DNA of 64,000 nucleotides from an uncultured Chloroflexia bacterium (GTDB taxonomy: Bacteria > Chloroflexota > Limnocylindria > Limnocylindrales > CSP1-4): the NCBI GenBank assembly GCA_963720755.1, contig CAVRGP010000015.1, forward strand, positions 32,001 through 96,000. Direction: 5' to 3'. Position 1 is the first letter of the stretch, and every line of letters starts with the position of its first letter. The position numbers were made by a program, and so were the translations under genes. This document shows positions 29,894 to 40,900 of the stretch, piece by piece. The notes under the pieces are model-generated. The model was not told the DNA's origin. It saw only the letters and a program-made list of their open reading frames with translations, and ran no database searches.

Positions 29894-31381
29894 CTATTCG
29901 GTGAGGACGGGCAGCGCAAACCCGAATTCCGCGCCACCGGTGGGGCGCGGAATTGCCCAGATCCGGCCGCCCATGGCCGCCGCCAGGCGGGCCGACACAA
30001 ACAGGCCGATGCCAGCCCCGGCCGCGGCCGGGGCCGTCGTCGGCGAGCGATAGAACAGCTCGAACAGGCGGTCGGTCTCATCAGCGGGGAAGCCGGGCCC
30101 TTCGTCAAGGACACGAACCGCCACTTCATGGCCATCGCTGTCGACGACGACCGAGACCGAAGAAGGAGTGCCTCCGTACTTGGCGGCATTGGACAGCAGA
30201 TTTCTAAGGACCTGCTCGACGTATGTCGGGTCGGCACTGACGGTCGGCACATCCGGCGCGATGGTCGAGGTGAATTTGACCCCGGGCCAGCGCCCATCTT
30301 CGGAATGGACCACCTTGGGGACGAGGCGTGTCAGCAGGACTGGTTCCCAGCCGATCTCGCCAGGGCTGTCCCCGAATCGGTTCATAGCGACGATGTCTTC
30401 CACCAGGCGCTGGAGCCGCTCCGCCTCGTCGTGGATGTCGTGGAGGATCTCACGCCGCGTCTGTGCATCGAGGCTCGACGGTTCCCGGGCGAGGAGCTTG
30501 GCGCCGCCGAAGATCGTGGTGATCGGCGTTCGCAGCTCATGCGACAGCACGCCGACGAAGGTTTCGCGGACCAGTTCGCGCCGACGGGCCTCGCTGACAT
30601 CGCGCATCACGACGATCGTTTCGTCCACCGCCGCGGTCAGTCCGCCTTTGCTCTCGACCGGATAGGTCGACAGCTCGATCCAACGTGACGCATCGGACCG
30701 CGTGGGCAGTTGGATCGGCCCTCCCCGGATACGCAACGGAGGGGCCAGGCCGTCCGAGTCATCCAGCTGGGAGAGGATCTCAGCGTAGGATCGCTCCTCG
30801 ACGTCAGGGAAGAGTTCCTCGGCGGCGGGATTGGCCAGAGTGATCGTTCCATCCGGGCCACATACGAAGACCGACTCGCCCATGGAACGGATGACGGCGT
30901 TGAGTTCGGCGGCGCGAGCGTGCTCCGCCAAGGCCAGCCGCTGGAGCCGGACCTGGGCCTCGATCCGCTCGTGAATATCCCGGCCGATGGCGATGATCGC
31001 CGGGCGGCCCGCATATGCGTCGAGCTGCCGGAAACTGACCTCCATCTCGACCGTTCGACCTCGACCGGCCGAAAAGCCGATCGACCCGACCGTCTCCGGG
31101 GGATCGCCATGCGCCAAGGTGGCGAGCATATCGAGGACCCTGGCTGTGTCGATGGGCCGGAGGAGGGCCTCGAATCGCTCCCCGACGATCGTCGACCGTT
31201 CACGCCGTAACAAGGTGGCCGCGGCCGGATTCGCCTCCACGACGATGTGGCTCCCGGGGTCGAATACGAGAATCGCGTCGATCATCGCATCGAGGACCGT
31301 CCGATCCTGATCGGGTTGCCTGATACGGCCCGGATCCGCGAGCGGAACCGTGGTCGCGGTGGCCTCTGATCGCTCCGTCAC
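29894..31381 (-). CDS. Soluble PAS-PAS sensor histidine kinase
   Basis: Two PAS-like domains (EANPAA, LANPAA); H-box SHELRTP, NLLSNAAKY, DEGPG and GAGIGL motifs; no TM. Confidence 0.9.
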   Translation of the reverse strand: MTERSEATATTVPLADPGRIRQPDQDRTVLDAMIDAILVFDPGSHIVVEANPAAATLLRRERSTIVGERFEALLRPIDTARVLDMLATLAHGDPPETVGSIGFSAGRGRTVEMEVSFRQLDAYAGRPAIIAIGRDIHERIEAQVRLQRLALAEHARAAELNAVIRSMGESVFVCGPDGTITLANPAAEELFPDVEERSYAEILSQLDDSDGLAPPLRIRGGPIQLPTRSDASRWIELSTYPVESKGGLTAAVDETIVVMRDVSEARRRELVRETFVGVLSHELRTPITTIFGGAKLLAREPSSLDAQTRREILHDIHDEAERLQRLVEDIVAMNRFGDSPGEIGWEPVLLTRLVPKVVHSEDGRWPGVKFTSTIAPDVPTVSADPTYVEQVLRNLLSNAAKYGGTPSSVSVVVDSDGHEVAVRVLDEGPGFPADETDRLFELFYRSPTTAPAAAGAGIGLFVSARLAAAMGGRIWAIPRPTGGAEFGFALPVLTE

Positions 31382-31493
31382 GGTTCCTCGAGATATCGGA
31401 TTGGCGCTGCGCCGTTAGGGCACACGGATGGACGATTTCGGTATTGGAACAGACCTTGGGATTGCCGTTGAAGCCGATCACCTGGAGTCGGCA

Positions 31494-31509
31494 TTACAAC
31501 GACGTGACA
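31494..31509. promoter_or_regulatory. Direct-repeat box TGTCA-N6-TGTAA between the kinase and the cupin gene
   Basis: The + strand reads TTACAacgacgTGACA; 13/16 identical to the 29865 box. Confidence 0.5.
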
Positions 31510-31591
31510 AGCGTCGCTTGCTTCTCGGCGCCTGGCCCTATACTGGCGCCCCCAGTACGACCATCGCCCGTGATCGTCAGGAAGGTTCCCG

Positions 31592-32365
31592 ATGCACGTC
31601 GCTCCCGCTGACCTCCGGAGTGTCCGTCAGGATGGTCTCGTCATCCGCTTCGCGATGCTCGGCACGATGGCCTTCGTGTTCGGGGAGGTGCCGTCCACGG
31701 GCTCTCCCGGCACCTCCCTCGAGCGGCCGTGCGAACGTCCGCATTGGGGTTTCGTCATCGACGGTCAGCTGACGTTCGTGATCGGGTCACGACGAGAGAC
31801 GATCACGGCCGGCAGGGCATTCCACGTGCGCCCAGGGGGACCCGCCCACCATTTCGAGGCGTCCGGTCACGCCCTCGTGGCCGGGTTCCAGCCCGCAGAA
31901 GGCACGACCGATGTCAGCGACGCCGGCCTTGCCGCGCGCGGAATCGAGATACTCGCCCTGCCATCGGCTGCGACCGTTGTCCCGGCGATCCCGAGCCGGC
32001 GAGTGCCGGCCAGCCAGATCAAGTCCCAATCATGGTCGATGTCGGGCTATGTCATGACCCGCGTCCGGATGGGCGAGCGGAGCGGGTACACGGTCGGCTG
32101 GTGTGACGCGCCGCATTGGGGGATGGTCATCGACGGGCGACTGGCGATCGAATGGGAGGACGACGCCGAGGTTCTCAGCGGCGGCGAGGTGTTCCACTGT
32201 CCGGCTGGCCCGCCCGGACACCGGATCGAGGCTGCCGACCCGGCGACCTTCGTGGATTTCACGCCGGTCAGTGCGTTCGATATGGCCCGCATCGCCGACT
32301 GGCGTCGCACCCCCGAGGCGGCGTCCGTCGCGACCGCCGAGCGGATCGCCGTCGCGCTCCGCTGA
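31592..32365 (+). CDS. Tandem double-cupin protein with CxxPHWG motifs
   Basis: CERPHWGFVIDG...FHVRPGGPAH and CDAPHWGMVIDG...FHCPAGPPGH; SD GGAAGG. Confidence 0.75.
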   Translation: MHVAPADLRSVRQDGLVIRFAMLGTMAFVFGEVPSTGSPGTSLERPCERPHWGFVIDGQLTFVIGSRRETITAGRAFHVRPGGPAHHFEASGHALVAGFQPAEGTTDVSDAGLAARGIEILALPSAATVVPAIPSRRVPASQIKSQSWSMSGYVMTRVRMGERSGYTVGWCDAPHWGMVIDGRLAIEWEDDAEVLSGGEVFHCPAGPPGHRIEAADPATFVDFTPVSAFDMARIADWRRTPEAASVATAERIAVALR

Positions 32366-32437
32366 CCGGCCAGGGTCAGGCCGGTGGGGTGCCCCGGCGC
32401 GGCTGTCGACCGCGTCCGGGAGGCGCCGTCGGTACTC

Positions 32438-33154
32438 TCAGGCGAAGCCCAGGGCAGCCCGCAGGGCGAGCGCCAGTTCCGGGCCGCGGCCGACCGGGTC
32501 GTGGCGGAAGAACACGTAGGCGTCATCGCCGGCCGTGAGGAATGGCTCGATCCGGGCTGCCCAGGCGTCGATCTCCGCGTCCGTGTAATCGAGCTTCCGA
32601 AGCCGCAGATACAGGAACGGGCCGGTCCGGCGGATGGCCGGAAGCTCGGCGTCGGGTAGGTCGGTCGCACACAGCGTCGCGCCGACGCTGGCCATCGCCT
32701 CGAACGTCTCGTCGACGTGCCACGACGGGTCCGTGAATTCCAGGGTGAGCGGCAGATCGCGGGGCCAGGCCGCCAGCAGCGCCCCCAGCTTTGCGTCATC
32801 CCGGCCGATGCCCTCCGGCACGCGGAACAGGACCGTGCCGAGGCGATCCCCGAACGCCCGGTACGGACCGGTCAGCCATGCCACGCTTGCCGGGGGGTCG
32901 ACCTGGAGGGCTCGGAACGAACCGCCGCGCTGTGCCTTGATCGAGAAGCGGAAGTCCGGCGGTGTCGCGGCCAGCCAGGTCGCGATCTTGGCCACGGACG
33001 GCGACGCGTAATAGGTGTTGTTCAGCTCGACCGCCGTGAGCCGGTCGGCGTAGGCCACGAGGAGCCGGGATGCGGGCGTGCCGACCGGGTAGAAGCGTGG
33101 GATCCAGCCGCGGTAGGAGAAGCCACTGGTCCCTGTGTACAGGCGGCCGGACAC
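32438..33154 (-). CDS. DUF72 domain protein
   Basis: YTGTSGFSY..W...FYP, VELNNTYY, FRFSIKA and YLRLR motifs. Confidence 0.92.
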   Translation of the reverse strand: MSGRLYTGTSGFSYRGWIPRFYPVGTPASRLLVAYADRLTAVELNNTYYASPSVAKIATWLAATPPDFRFSIKAQRGGSFRALQVDPPASVAWLTGPYRAFGDRLGTVLFRVPEGIGRDDAKLGALLAAWPRDLPLTLEFTDPSWHVDETFEAMASVGATLCATDLPDAELPAIRRTGPFLYLRLRKLDYTDAEIDAWAARIEPFLTAGDDAYVFFRHDPVGRGPELALALRAALGFA

Positions 33155-33161
33155 CGACCGA

Positions 33162-33701
33162 TCAGCTGGCCGAGGCGGGATCCGAGAGGTCGACGTCGTC
33201 CGTGATGCAGATCGCTTCCGGGTCGCGGCCGGGACCGGCCCGACGGGCGACCGCGGTCATGGACCGCTCCAGGACGTCGAGGTCCGCCGGATCGAGGACG
33301 CCCAGGAAGTGTTCGTCGATGCCGCGCAGGTGCGTCCGCGACGCCGCCCGAAGGCGAGCGAGGCCGCGATCGGTGAGGACGGCTTCGGCGCCCCGGGCGT
33401 CGGCCATGCAGGCGCTCCGCTCGACGAGGCCGTCGCCGACAAGGCGGTCGATCAGGCGGGTCACGCCGCTCTTGCTGAGAAGGACCTCCTCGGCGAGCTG
33501 GCCCATCCGGATCCGGCGCCCCGTCGCCTGCGCGATGTGGAGCAGCGCGTCGTACTCGGCGAAGGTGATGTCGTGCTCGGCCCGAAGCTCTTCGTCCATC
33601 CGCCGCGCGAGACGGGCATGGGCGATCTGAAAGGCACGCCAGGGCGCCAGGCGTGGATCTTCGGACAGCGGTCGTCGGGCGACCGTCTCGGAAACCGTCA
33701 T
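33162..33701 (-). CDS. MarR family transcriptional regulator
   Basis: EYDALL, RMGQLAEEVLLSKSGVTRLIDRL and DARG..AVLT motifs; TAGCAT 6 nt before ATG. Confidence 0.92.
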   Translation of the reverse strand: MTVSETVARRPLSEDPRLAPWRAFQIAHARLARRMDEELRAEHDITFAEYDALLHIAQATGRRIRMGQLAEEVLLSKSGVTRLIDRLVGDGLVERSACMADARGAEAVLTDRGLARLRAASRTHLRGIDEHFLGVLDPADLDVLERSMTAVARRAGPGRDPEAICITDDVDLSDPASAS

Positions 33702-33741
33702 GCGCGGATGCTACCACCTCGTCCGGGTCGGGTCCGACAGA

Positions 33742-33788
33742 TAGTTGACACCGCAACTACATGTCGGATATCGTTGCACTGTCAACTA
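33742..33788. promoter_or_regulatory. Two palindromic operators overlapping a sigma70 promoter for the YceI gene
   Basis: TAGTTGacaccgCAACTA (33742-33759) and TCGTTGcactgtCAACTA (33771-33788); TTGACA at 33745-33750 and TATCGT at 33769-33774. Confidence 0.75.
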
Positions 33789-33833
33789 TATCAGGGACCG
33801 GCGCTGCCGGGACCCACAGGAGGCTCCCATCCC

Positions 33834-34373
33834 ATGGCGACATTCGCGATCGATCCGGCGCATACGGACGTTCTCTTCTCAGCCAAGCACATGATGGTCA
33901 CCAACGTCCGCGGCAAGTTCACCGACGTCTCCGGCACGATCCATCTCGACGAAACCGACCCGACGGCATCCACGGCCGACGTTTCGGTCAGGACAGCCAG
34001 CGTCGACACCGGCTTCGGGGCACGCGACACGCACCTTCGATCCGCCGACTTCTTCGACGTCGAGGCGTACCCGGAGATGCGGGTGATCTCGACCGCGATC
34101 CGCCACAAGAACGGCAACGACTACGTGGTCACGGCCGACGTGACGATCCGCGACGTCACCCGGTCGGTCGACTTCGACGTCGAATTCCTCGGCTTCTACC
34201 CGGCCATGGACGGCGCTCGACGGGCCGGCTTTTCCGCTCAGGCGAAGGTCGATCGCAAGGACTGGGGTCTCGACTGGAACGTCGCTCTCGAGGCGGGCGG
34301 CTGGCTGGTCGGCAGCACGATCAGCCTGAACGTCGAGGTCGCCCTCCAGGAGGCCATCGCGATCGCCGCCTGA
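33834..34373 (+). CDS. YceI family polyisoprenoid-binding protein
   Basis: IDPAHT..FSAKHMMVTNVRGKF, RDTHLRSADFFD and DRKDWGLDWN motifs; SD AGGAGG. Confidence 0.93.
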   Translation: MATFAIDPAHTDVLFSAKHMMVTNVRGKFTDVSGTIHLDETDPTASTADVSVRTASVDTGFGARDTHLRSADFFDVEAYPEMRVISTAIRHKNGNDYVVTADVTIRDVTRSVDFDVEFLGFYPAMDGARRAGFSAQAKVDRKDWGLDWNVALEAGGWLVGSTISLNVEVALQEAIAIAA

Positions 34374-34400
34374 CGGCGCCGACCATCCTCGATCGGCGGT

Positions 34401-35637
34401 TCAGGACGCGTCGAAGCGGTAGAGCGTCCCACCGCCATCGAGGACATACAGTTCGCCCGCTTCATCCTCGCCGAATGCGGTGATGTGGAGCGAGGTCGAC
34501 AGGAGCGTGCTCCGTGTGGCCGGTTTCTTGGCCGTGCGCCCGATCGTCCAGATCGTGCCGGAGCAGTAGTCCCCGAAGACGTAGCGGCCGGCCAGCGCGG
34601 GCACTGCGCTGCCTCGATAGGCGTACCCACCGGTCACCGCGCAGCCCTGGCTGTGGCCGTACACGACGAGCGGCGTCTTCTTGCCGGTCCGGTTGCAGCC
34701 GCTGGACGGCTGGTAGCACCTTCCACCTTCCAGCACGTGCCAGCCATAGTTGGCGCCTCGACCCAGGCTCGTGCTGCGCGAGGTTCGCTTGGCGCGGTCG
34801 ATCTCCTCGTACCGGTTCTGGCCGACGTCCCCGATCCAAAGATCGCCGCTGACCCGATCGAACGACCAGCTCCACGGGTTGCGCAGTCCTCGCGACCAGA
34901 TCTCGTTGCGGCCCGGCCGACCGACGTACGGGTTGGACCGTGGGGACCGGTAGGCGTGCTTCGAGGTCACGTGGTTGATGTCGATCCGGAGCATCTTCCC
35001 GAGGAGTGTGTCCAGGCGCTGGGCGCGGTTGCCGGGATCGCCCCCGCTGCCGCCGTCGCCCGTGCCGATGTACAGGTAGCCATCGCGCCCGAACGCGATC
35101 TGGCCGCCATTGTGGTTGGCATACGGTTCGCTGATGGTGATGATCCGCCGCCCGGTCGCCGGATCGGCCACGTCCGCGTTCGACTTCGAGACCTTGTACT
35201 CATTGATCGCCACGGCGCCGTCCGACTTGCGGGTGAAATAGACGTAGAACCGGCCGTTCGACTTGTAGTTCGGGTGGAAGGCCAAGCCAAGAAGGCCCTG
35301 TTCGCCTCCGGTCGCCAGCTTGCCCGCGAGCGACAGGAATGGGGTCGGCAGCATGACGCCCGACTTGATGACCCGGATCTGGCCGCGCTGCTGGACGACG
35401 AACAGTCGGCCCGAGCCGTCGCCCGCGTTGACGACCCGGACGGGGCCGCTCAACCCTGACGCGACCGGGGTCAGGACGACGCCGGCCGCCACGGCCGTCG
35501 TCGAGGGGATGTCGGGCTGGATCGCGGGCATCGCCTTCGTCGCCGCCGGGGCTCCCTGCGCCGCTGAACGCGATGACCAGCAGCAGGGCCGGCAGGAGTC
35601 GTGGGATCCGGAGGAGCGCGGTTCGGTGGGTCGTCAT
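34401..35637 (-). CDS. PQQ-dependent sugar dehydrogenase, secreted; frameshift near 35550 separates the signal peptide
   Basis: Body 34401-35531 has GEQGLLGLAFHP, NHNGG and GLRNPW. The signal peptide MTTHRTALLRIPRLLPALLLVIAFSG from ATG 35637 joins if one base is removed from GCAGGGAGCCCC. Confidence 0.85.
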
Positions 35638-35728
35638 GGCGCGATGATGCGGAGTCAAGACGGAGATGGCAAGGCGGACCATCGGGCCACGCGGATCGAC
35701 ACGTCCCGGCACGACTATCCTGACCGGG

Positions 35729-36625
35729 ATGAGCACGATCGCGGTGAACGGCCGGCGCTACGGCGCCCAGAGCATGTCGTCGCCGCTGCTCGAGGTGCTG
35801 GTCAAGCGTCCCGGATCCTCATTCGGCTCGGCGTTCGACGATCCGGCCCACGGGTTCCTCCACCCGGTCGACCTGGTGGAAGCCCAGCGTGAGCACGATG
35901 CGTTCGTCGAGACGCTGGCGGCGCTCGGCCCGCGGGTCCATCGACTCGATGTCGAGCTTGACTCGCCCGATCTCGTGTATCCGTTCGATCCGTTGCTCAT
36001 CACCGACCGCGGGTCGATCGTCCTCCGACCCGGCAAGCCGAACCGAGCGGCTGAGCCAGCCGCGATCGAGGCCTGGACCCTGGCAGCCGGGATCCCGACG
36101 GCAGGACGGATCGAGGCGCCGGGCACGATCGAGGGTGGTGACACGTTCTGGCTGCGGCCCGACCTGCTGTGTATCGGGCGGACGCTGCGGACGAACGACG
36201 ACGGGGCACGGCAGCTGGCCGGGCTCGTCGGCGGCGATGTCCGGATCTTCGACGTCCCGTTCTGGCGCGGACCCGCCGAACTCATCCATCTCCTGTCGGT
36301 CATCTCGCCGGTCGCCGACGATCTCGCCGTCGTCTATCTGCCATTGCTGCCCGTCGGATTGTGGCGACTGCTGGGCGATCTCGGGATCCGGCTCATCGAG
36401 GTCCCGGACGAGGAGTTCACGACCCTCGGCTGCAACGTGCTGGCGGTCCGCCCCGGCGTCGTCATCCTGGCCGAGGGCAATCCGACGACGCAGGCCCGGC
36501 TGGTCGCCGCGGGCTGCGAGGTCCACACCTATCTTGCGACCGAGGTCGGCATCAACGGATCCGGCGGCCCGACCTGCATGACCCGGCCGATCCTGCGAGA
36601 CGAGATGGGGCCCGTGCGGGTCTGA
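35729..36625 (+). CDS. Amidinotransferase / dimethylarginine dimethylaminohydrolase family protein
   Basis: EHD, IEGGD, RTN, HLLS, GCNVL and C-terminal GGPTCMT motifs; TATCCT 7 nt before ATG. Confidence 0.88.
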   Translation: MSTIAVNGRRYGAQSMSSPLLEVLVKRPGSSFGSAFDDPAHGFLHPVDLVEAQREHDAFVETLAALGPRVHRLDVELDSPDLVYPFDPLLITDRGSIVLRPGKPNRAAEPAAIEAWTLAAGIPTAGRIEAPGTIEGGDTFWLRPDLLCIGRTLRTNDDGARQLAGLVGGDVRIFDVPFWRGPAELIHLLSVISPVADDLAVVYLPLLPVGLWRLLGDLGIRLIEVPDEEFTTLGCNVLAVRPGVVILAEGNPTTQARLVAAGCEVHTYLATEVGINGSGGPTCMTRPILRDEMGPVRV

Positions 36626-36638
36626 TCCGTGCTCCCGA

Positions 36639-37913
36639 TCAGCCGCCCGGTGCCGACGCGGTCCGGAAGCGGGTCAGGACGAGGGCGGCCGGCACCAGGA
36701 CGACGACCGCTCCCAGGAGCCCGAGGGTCGCATAGCCGGCACCGGCGACGATGATCCCCGAACCGAGGCTGGCGGCGGCCGCCGAGATCCAGATGAGTGC
36801 GTCGGTCAGGCCCGAGACCCTGGTCCGGTCGGCCAGTCCGAGGCCGGTCGTGAGCAGCGCGGAGCCGGCGACGAACCCAAGGTTCCAGCCGTAGCCGAGC
36901 AGGAACAGGGCCGCGAACAGCAGCGCGCCGCCCTCCATCGGGGCGACGGCCGAAAGGATCCCGGCGAAGCCGGTGATCGCAAGTCCCAGGAGGACGACTC
37001 GATGGCTGCCGAATCGGTCGGTCAGGCGTCCCGACAGCGGGGACAGCGCGTACATCCCGAAGGTATGGGCGCTGATGATCAGACCGACCGCGGTCAGATC
37101 GTGGCCGGTGTCGGTCATATGCAACGGCGTCATCGTCATGACCAGGACCATGACCACCTGGACGGTGATCAGGGCCACGATGGCGACCCGGACGTCGGGT
37201 CTCGCGAGGAGCTGGCCGAGGGGCGTCGAGGTGGTCGTATCGTCCGAGCCCGGGTCGGTCCGGTCGGCGAGCCGGTACGGATCGGGTCGCAGCGCGGCGA
37301 AGGTGAGGACGGCGGCCGACCCGACGAAGCACGCGGCGATCAGATAGATACCGGCCAATGACGGGAGGCCGACCGACTGACCGAGCGTATCTGCTCCGCC
37401 CACGAGGTTGGGTCCCACGATGGCGCCGATCGTCGACCCCCAGACCACGAGGCCGATCGCCGAAGCCCGCCTGACCGAGGGGTACAGATCGGCGGCGGCG
37501 TACCGCGACAGCTGGGCGGCGGCGTTGCCGAACCCGATGAGGACGGTCCCGATCAGCAGGACCGGGAACGCGCGGCCGATCACGGCCGTCACCGCGATCA
37601 GGGCGCCGGCGACGCCGATCCCGTAGCCCACCGTCAGCCCGATCCGGCGACCCCGCGTGAGCATCAGCCGAGACAGGAGCGCCGCGCCGGACGCGGCACC
37701 CAACACGGCCGTCGCTCCAGGCGCCCCGCTCAGGAGCGGTGAGCCGGACAGGTCGCGAGCGACGATCGTCCCGATCGTGACCGCCGCGATGTAGCCGACG
37801 CTCCCAAGGGCGACCCCTGAGAACAGGACCCGGACCGTGCGCCGGCGAAGGCTGTCGAGGCGGTCGGGAGCCAGGTCGAGCGGGGCGTCGGCCACGAGCG
37901 GGGTGCCGACCAT
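36639..37913 (-). CDS. MFS transporter
   Basis: About 12 hydrophobic segments; RYAAADL, MVLVMTMTPLHM, H.FGMYALSP and GWNLGF motifs. ATG overlaps the helicase stop (TGATG). Confidence 0.9.
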   Translation of the reverse strand: MVGTPLVADAPLDLAPDRLDSLRRRTVRVLFSGVALGSVGYIAAVTIGTIVARDLSGSPLLSGAPGATAVLGAASGAALLSRLMLTRGRRIGLTVGYGIGVAGALIAVTAVIGRAFPVLLIGTVLIGFGNAAAQLSRYAAADLYPSVRRASAIGLVVWGSTIGAIVGPNLVGGADTLGQSVGLPSLAGIYLIAACFVGSAAVLTFAALRPDPYRLADRTDPGSDDTTTSTPLGQLLARPDVRVAIVALITVQVVMVLVMTMTPLHMTDTGHDLTAVGLIISAHTFGMYALSPLSGRLTDRFGSHRVVLLGLAITGFAGILSAVAPMEGGALLFAALFLLGYGWNLGFVAGSALLTTGLGLADRTRVSGLTDALIWISAAAASLGSGIIVAGAGYATLGLLGAVVVLVPAALVLTRFRTASAPGG

Positions 37914-40900
37914 CAGTCGGTTCGGGTCGTGGCTCGCGCCGCAGCCTGGGTGGCCGCGATCTCCGCATAGCGGCACAGCGCATCCATCATCCGCATCTGC
38001 TCCGGCGTCCGGCAACCGGCATCGAGGAGGGCGGGCTCGGCAACCAGCAGGGCGACGCTTTGCGCCCGCGAGATGGCAACGTCGAGACGGTTGGGCGAGT
38101 ACAGGAAGCTCATGTCCCGCGGTAAATCCTCGCGGCTCGAGCTGGCCATCGAGTAGATCGCAACGACCCCCTCCCGACCCTGGAACTTGTCCACGGTCCC
38201 GACGTTGCCGTGGTCGCCTGTCCGGCGTTCGATCGCGGCCTGGATCTCGGCGACCTGGGCGTTGTACGGGGCGACCACGATGATGTCCGCGAGGGTGAGC
38301 CGCTGATGGGTCCCATCCAGCCGCTGCCAGGTCATCGCCAGCAACCGCTCGACGGCCTCAGCCACCACCTCGGCTTCCTCCGGCGAGCGTGGCCCGTTGC
38401 CGGTGTGTGTCACCGGGATCCAGCGCACGCCCGAGCCGGACAGGATGGGGTCGTCGGCCATCGACGATCCGCCGGGCGTTGTCCGGGTGGGTATCGAGAC
38501 GACCGGCGTAGAACGCGGGCGAGATGAACGCGTCCACGTCGGGATGCAGTCGGCGGGACGTTTCGAGGAACAGACCGCGCTCCGGCGGGACGGTCACCGC
38601 ATCCCCGATGAGGTGCTCGAGCGAGCTCGATCCGGCACCATCGGGATGGACGCCCTGGGTCACCATCTGGAGCTGGTTCGGGTCGCCGATGAGGACGATC
38701 GATCGGGCGCAGGTGCCGATCGCCACGGCATCGGCCAGGGAGATCTGGCTCGCCTCGTCAACGAACACGACATCGACGCCAGCATCGAACTCGCCCCGCG
38801 ACAGGAGCCACGCCGTCCCCGCGACGACATCGACCGTGCCGGCGGCAAGAGCCGCGCTGACGGCGGCGTTGTCGCCGACCCGGGTCACGCCAGGGAGGTG
38901 TCCGGCGTGCTCGTTGTCCTCATCCGCCTTCTGGATCACCCGAACGGCGGCGCCCGTCTCATCGGCAGCGGCCATCAGCGCCTCGAGGAGGTTGCTGACC
39001 GTCTTGTGGGACTGGGCCGTGACCGCCACCGTTTGGCCGGCTCGAACGAGATCGACGATCATCCGGGCGCCGGCGTACGTCTTGCCGGTCCCCGGCGGCC
39101 CCTGGATGGGCAGGACCCCGCCGTCGAGCTCCAGGGCGAGGCGTCTGGCGGCCGCCAGCACATCGGCGTCGGCGGCAGGATCGGTCAGCGGCCCGTCGTC
39201 CCCCGGTCCACGCCGAGGCGGTCGGCGCAGGATCAAGTCACGGACGGAACGATACGACCCGTCACCGTCGATCCCGTCGGCGATGACCGCGTCGGCCACC
39301 CGCAGCAGGGCCTGGCGCTGTGCCCTGGCCTCGATCGGGCCGGGCGGGATCAGGGCGTCCGGGTGCGGCCACGCCGAGTTGCGTGAGCGCTTGAGTTCGA
39401 TCCGTCCCCGGACGTCGTCGATGGCGACGATGGTCCCCGCCGACTTGCCGGTGCCTCGGTCGATCGGCTGGTCGCCCGGATGGAAGCCGTGATCCTGCGG
39501 CTCGAACCGATAGCGCCGATGGACCATCACCCCGACGCCATCCCACGCCTCGTCGAACGCGAGGCCGGCGAGCGCGTCTCGTTCGCCGACCAGCTCCTCG
39601 ACGGTTCGCTTGTCCTTGAGTTCGAAGTACCGCCACCACTGGGCTTTGGCCTCGCGCCGATGCCAGTCGAGCAGGTCGGCCAGCAGCCGGCGTCCCTCCG
39701 CCACGGGCGACCCGTCGTCGGGCGCGAGACCGTCGGTCAGGGCCAGCACTCTGGCCTCGACCTCGCGAAGCCAGTCGGTCAGCGCCGCTGACGTTTCCTG
39801 CGGGGCGGCGACCGGGCGCGTCCAGTCGAGGTCCGGCCAGCGGATCACCGCCTCGGCGCGGCGCTCCTCCAGCCACGCTCGGAGTCGCCAGGTCGAGACG
39901 CAGTCGTCGCGGTTGTAGTCGGCGATGCCCTGGAGGATCGCCGGGTCGCCCTCCTTCAGCCACGTCTCGAAGGCCACGACACTGAACCCGGCATCGGTGA
40001 CCGGTCCCTCGCGGACCGGCATGTAGAACTTCTCGATCTGCTTGAGCGAATAGGACTCGACGGACGCGCGGACTCCCTGCCGGACGACATTGAGGAGATC
40101 GACCAGGACCTCGCCGCGGAGCAATCGATCGACCTCATCGACGCACGTCCCGTGCCGCTGCATCAGGCGCTTGATCGCGCCCGACTCGTAGCCGCCGTAG
40201 TGGTACACGTGCATCTCGGGGTGGACTTCGAGGCGCTCGATGACCAGGCCGATGAACCGCTCGAAGGCGGTCTTCTCGTCTTCCTGCGAAGTGGCCCAGA
40301 TATCGACATAGCGAGGTTCCCCGTCGCTCGCGTCGACGATGCCGAGCAGATATTCCAGCCCGGCGTCGGTCGCCCACGGGTCGGCCTCGATGTCGAAGAA
40401 CAGATCCCAACGGGACGGCTCCGGGAGCGTCCCGAAGCCTCGGCCCGGGTCGGCTGGATCGGGTTCGATGAGTTCGAACACCCGCTCGCCGGTGATGCGT
40501 TCGTGGAGCTGCAGCCGGGCCTGCTCGCGGATCCGGGTCAGTTGTCGGTGCGAGATCCCCTCGATCGAACGGTCGGACGGGAGGGCCGCCAGGTCGGCCA
40601 GCGTCGGCACGCCGCTCGCCATGAGTCGCTCCGTGTCGACTCGTCGGGCTCCGGCCACGAGGGACAGGTGATCGTCCGCGCGGCGCCGGTCCATGCACGC
40701 CGGCAGCCAGCTGCACACCCGGCAGTGGTCGACCGGATCCGGGTAGGTGATGGCGGGCTCGTCGCGCAGGCCGCTCGCCATCCGGGCGTCGAAGCGGGCC
40801 CTGACGAACCGGAAATACGCCGAGAAGTCGTCGGTCCGGTAGGGATGGCTGGTGCCGTCGCCGGTGATGACCGTCAGCAGCTCCGGGGCGACCCCCTGGA

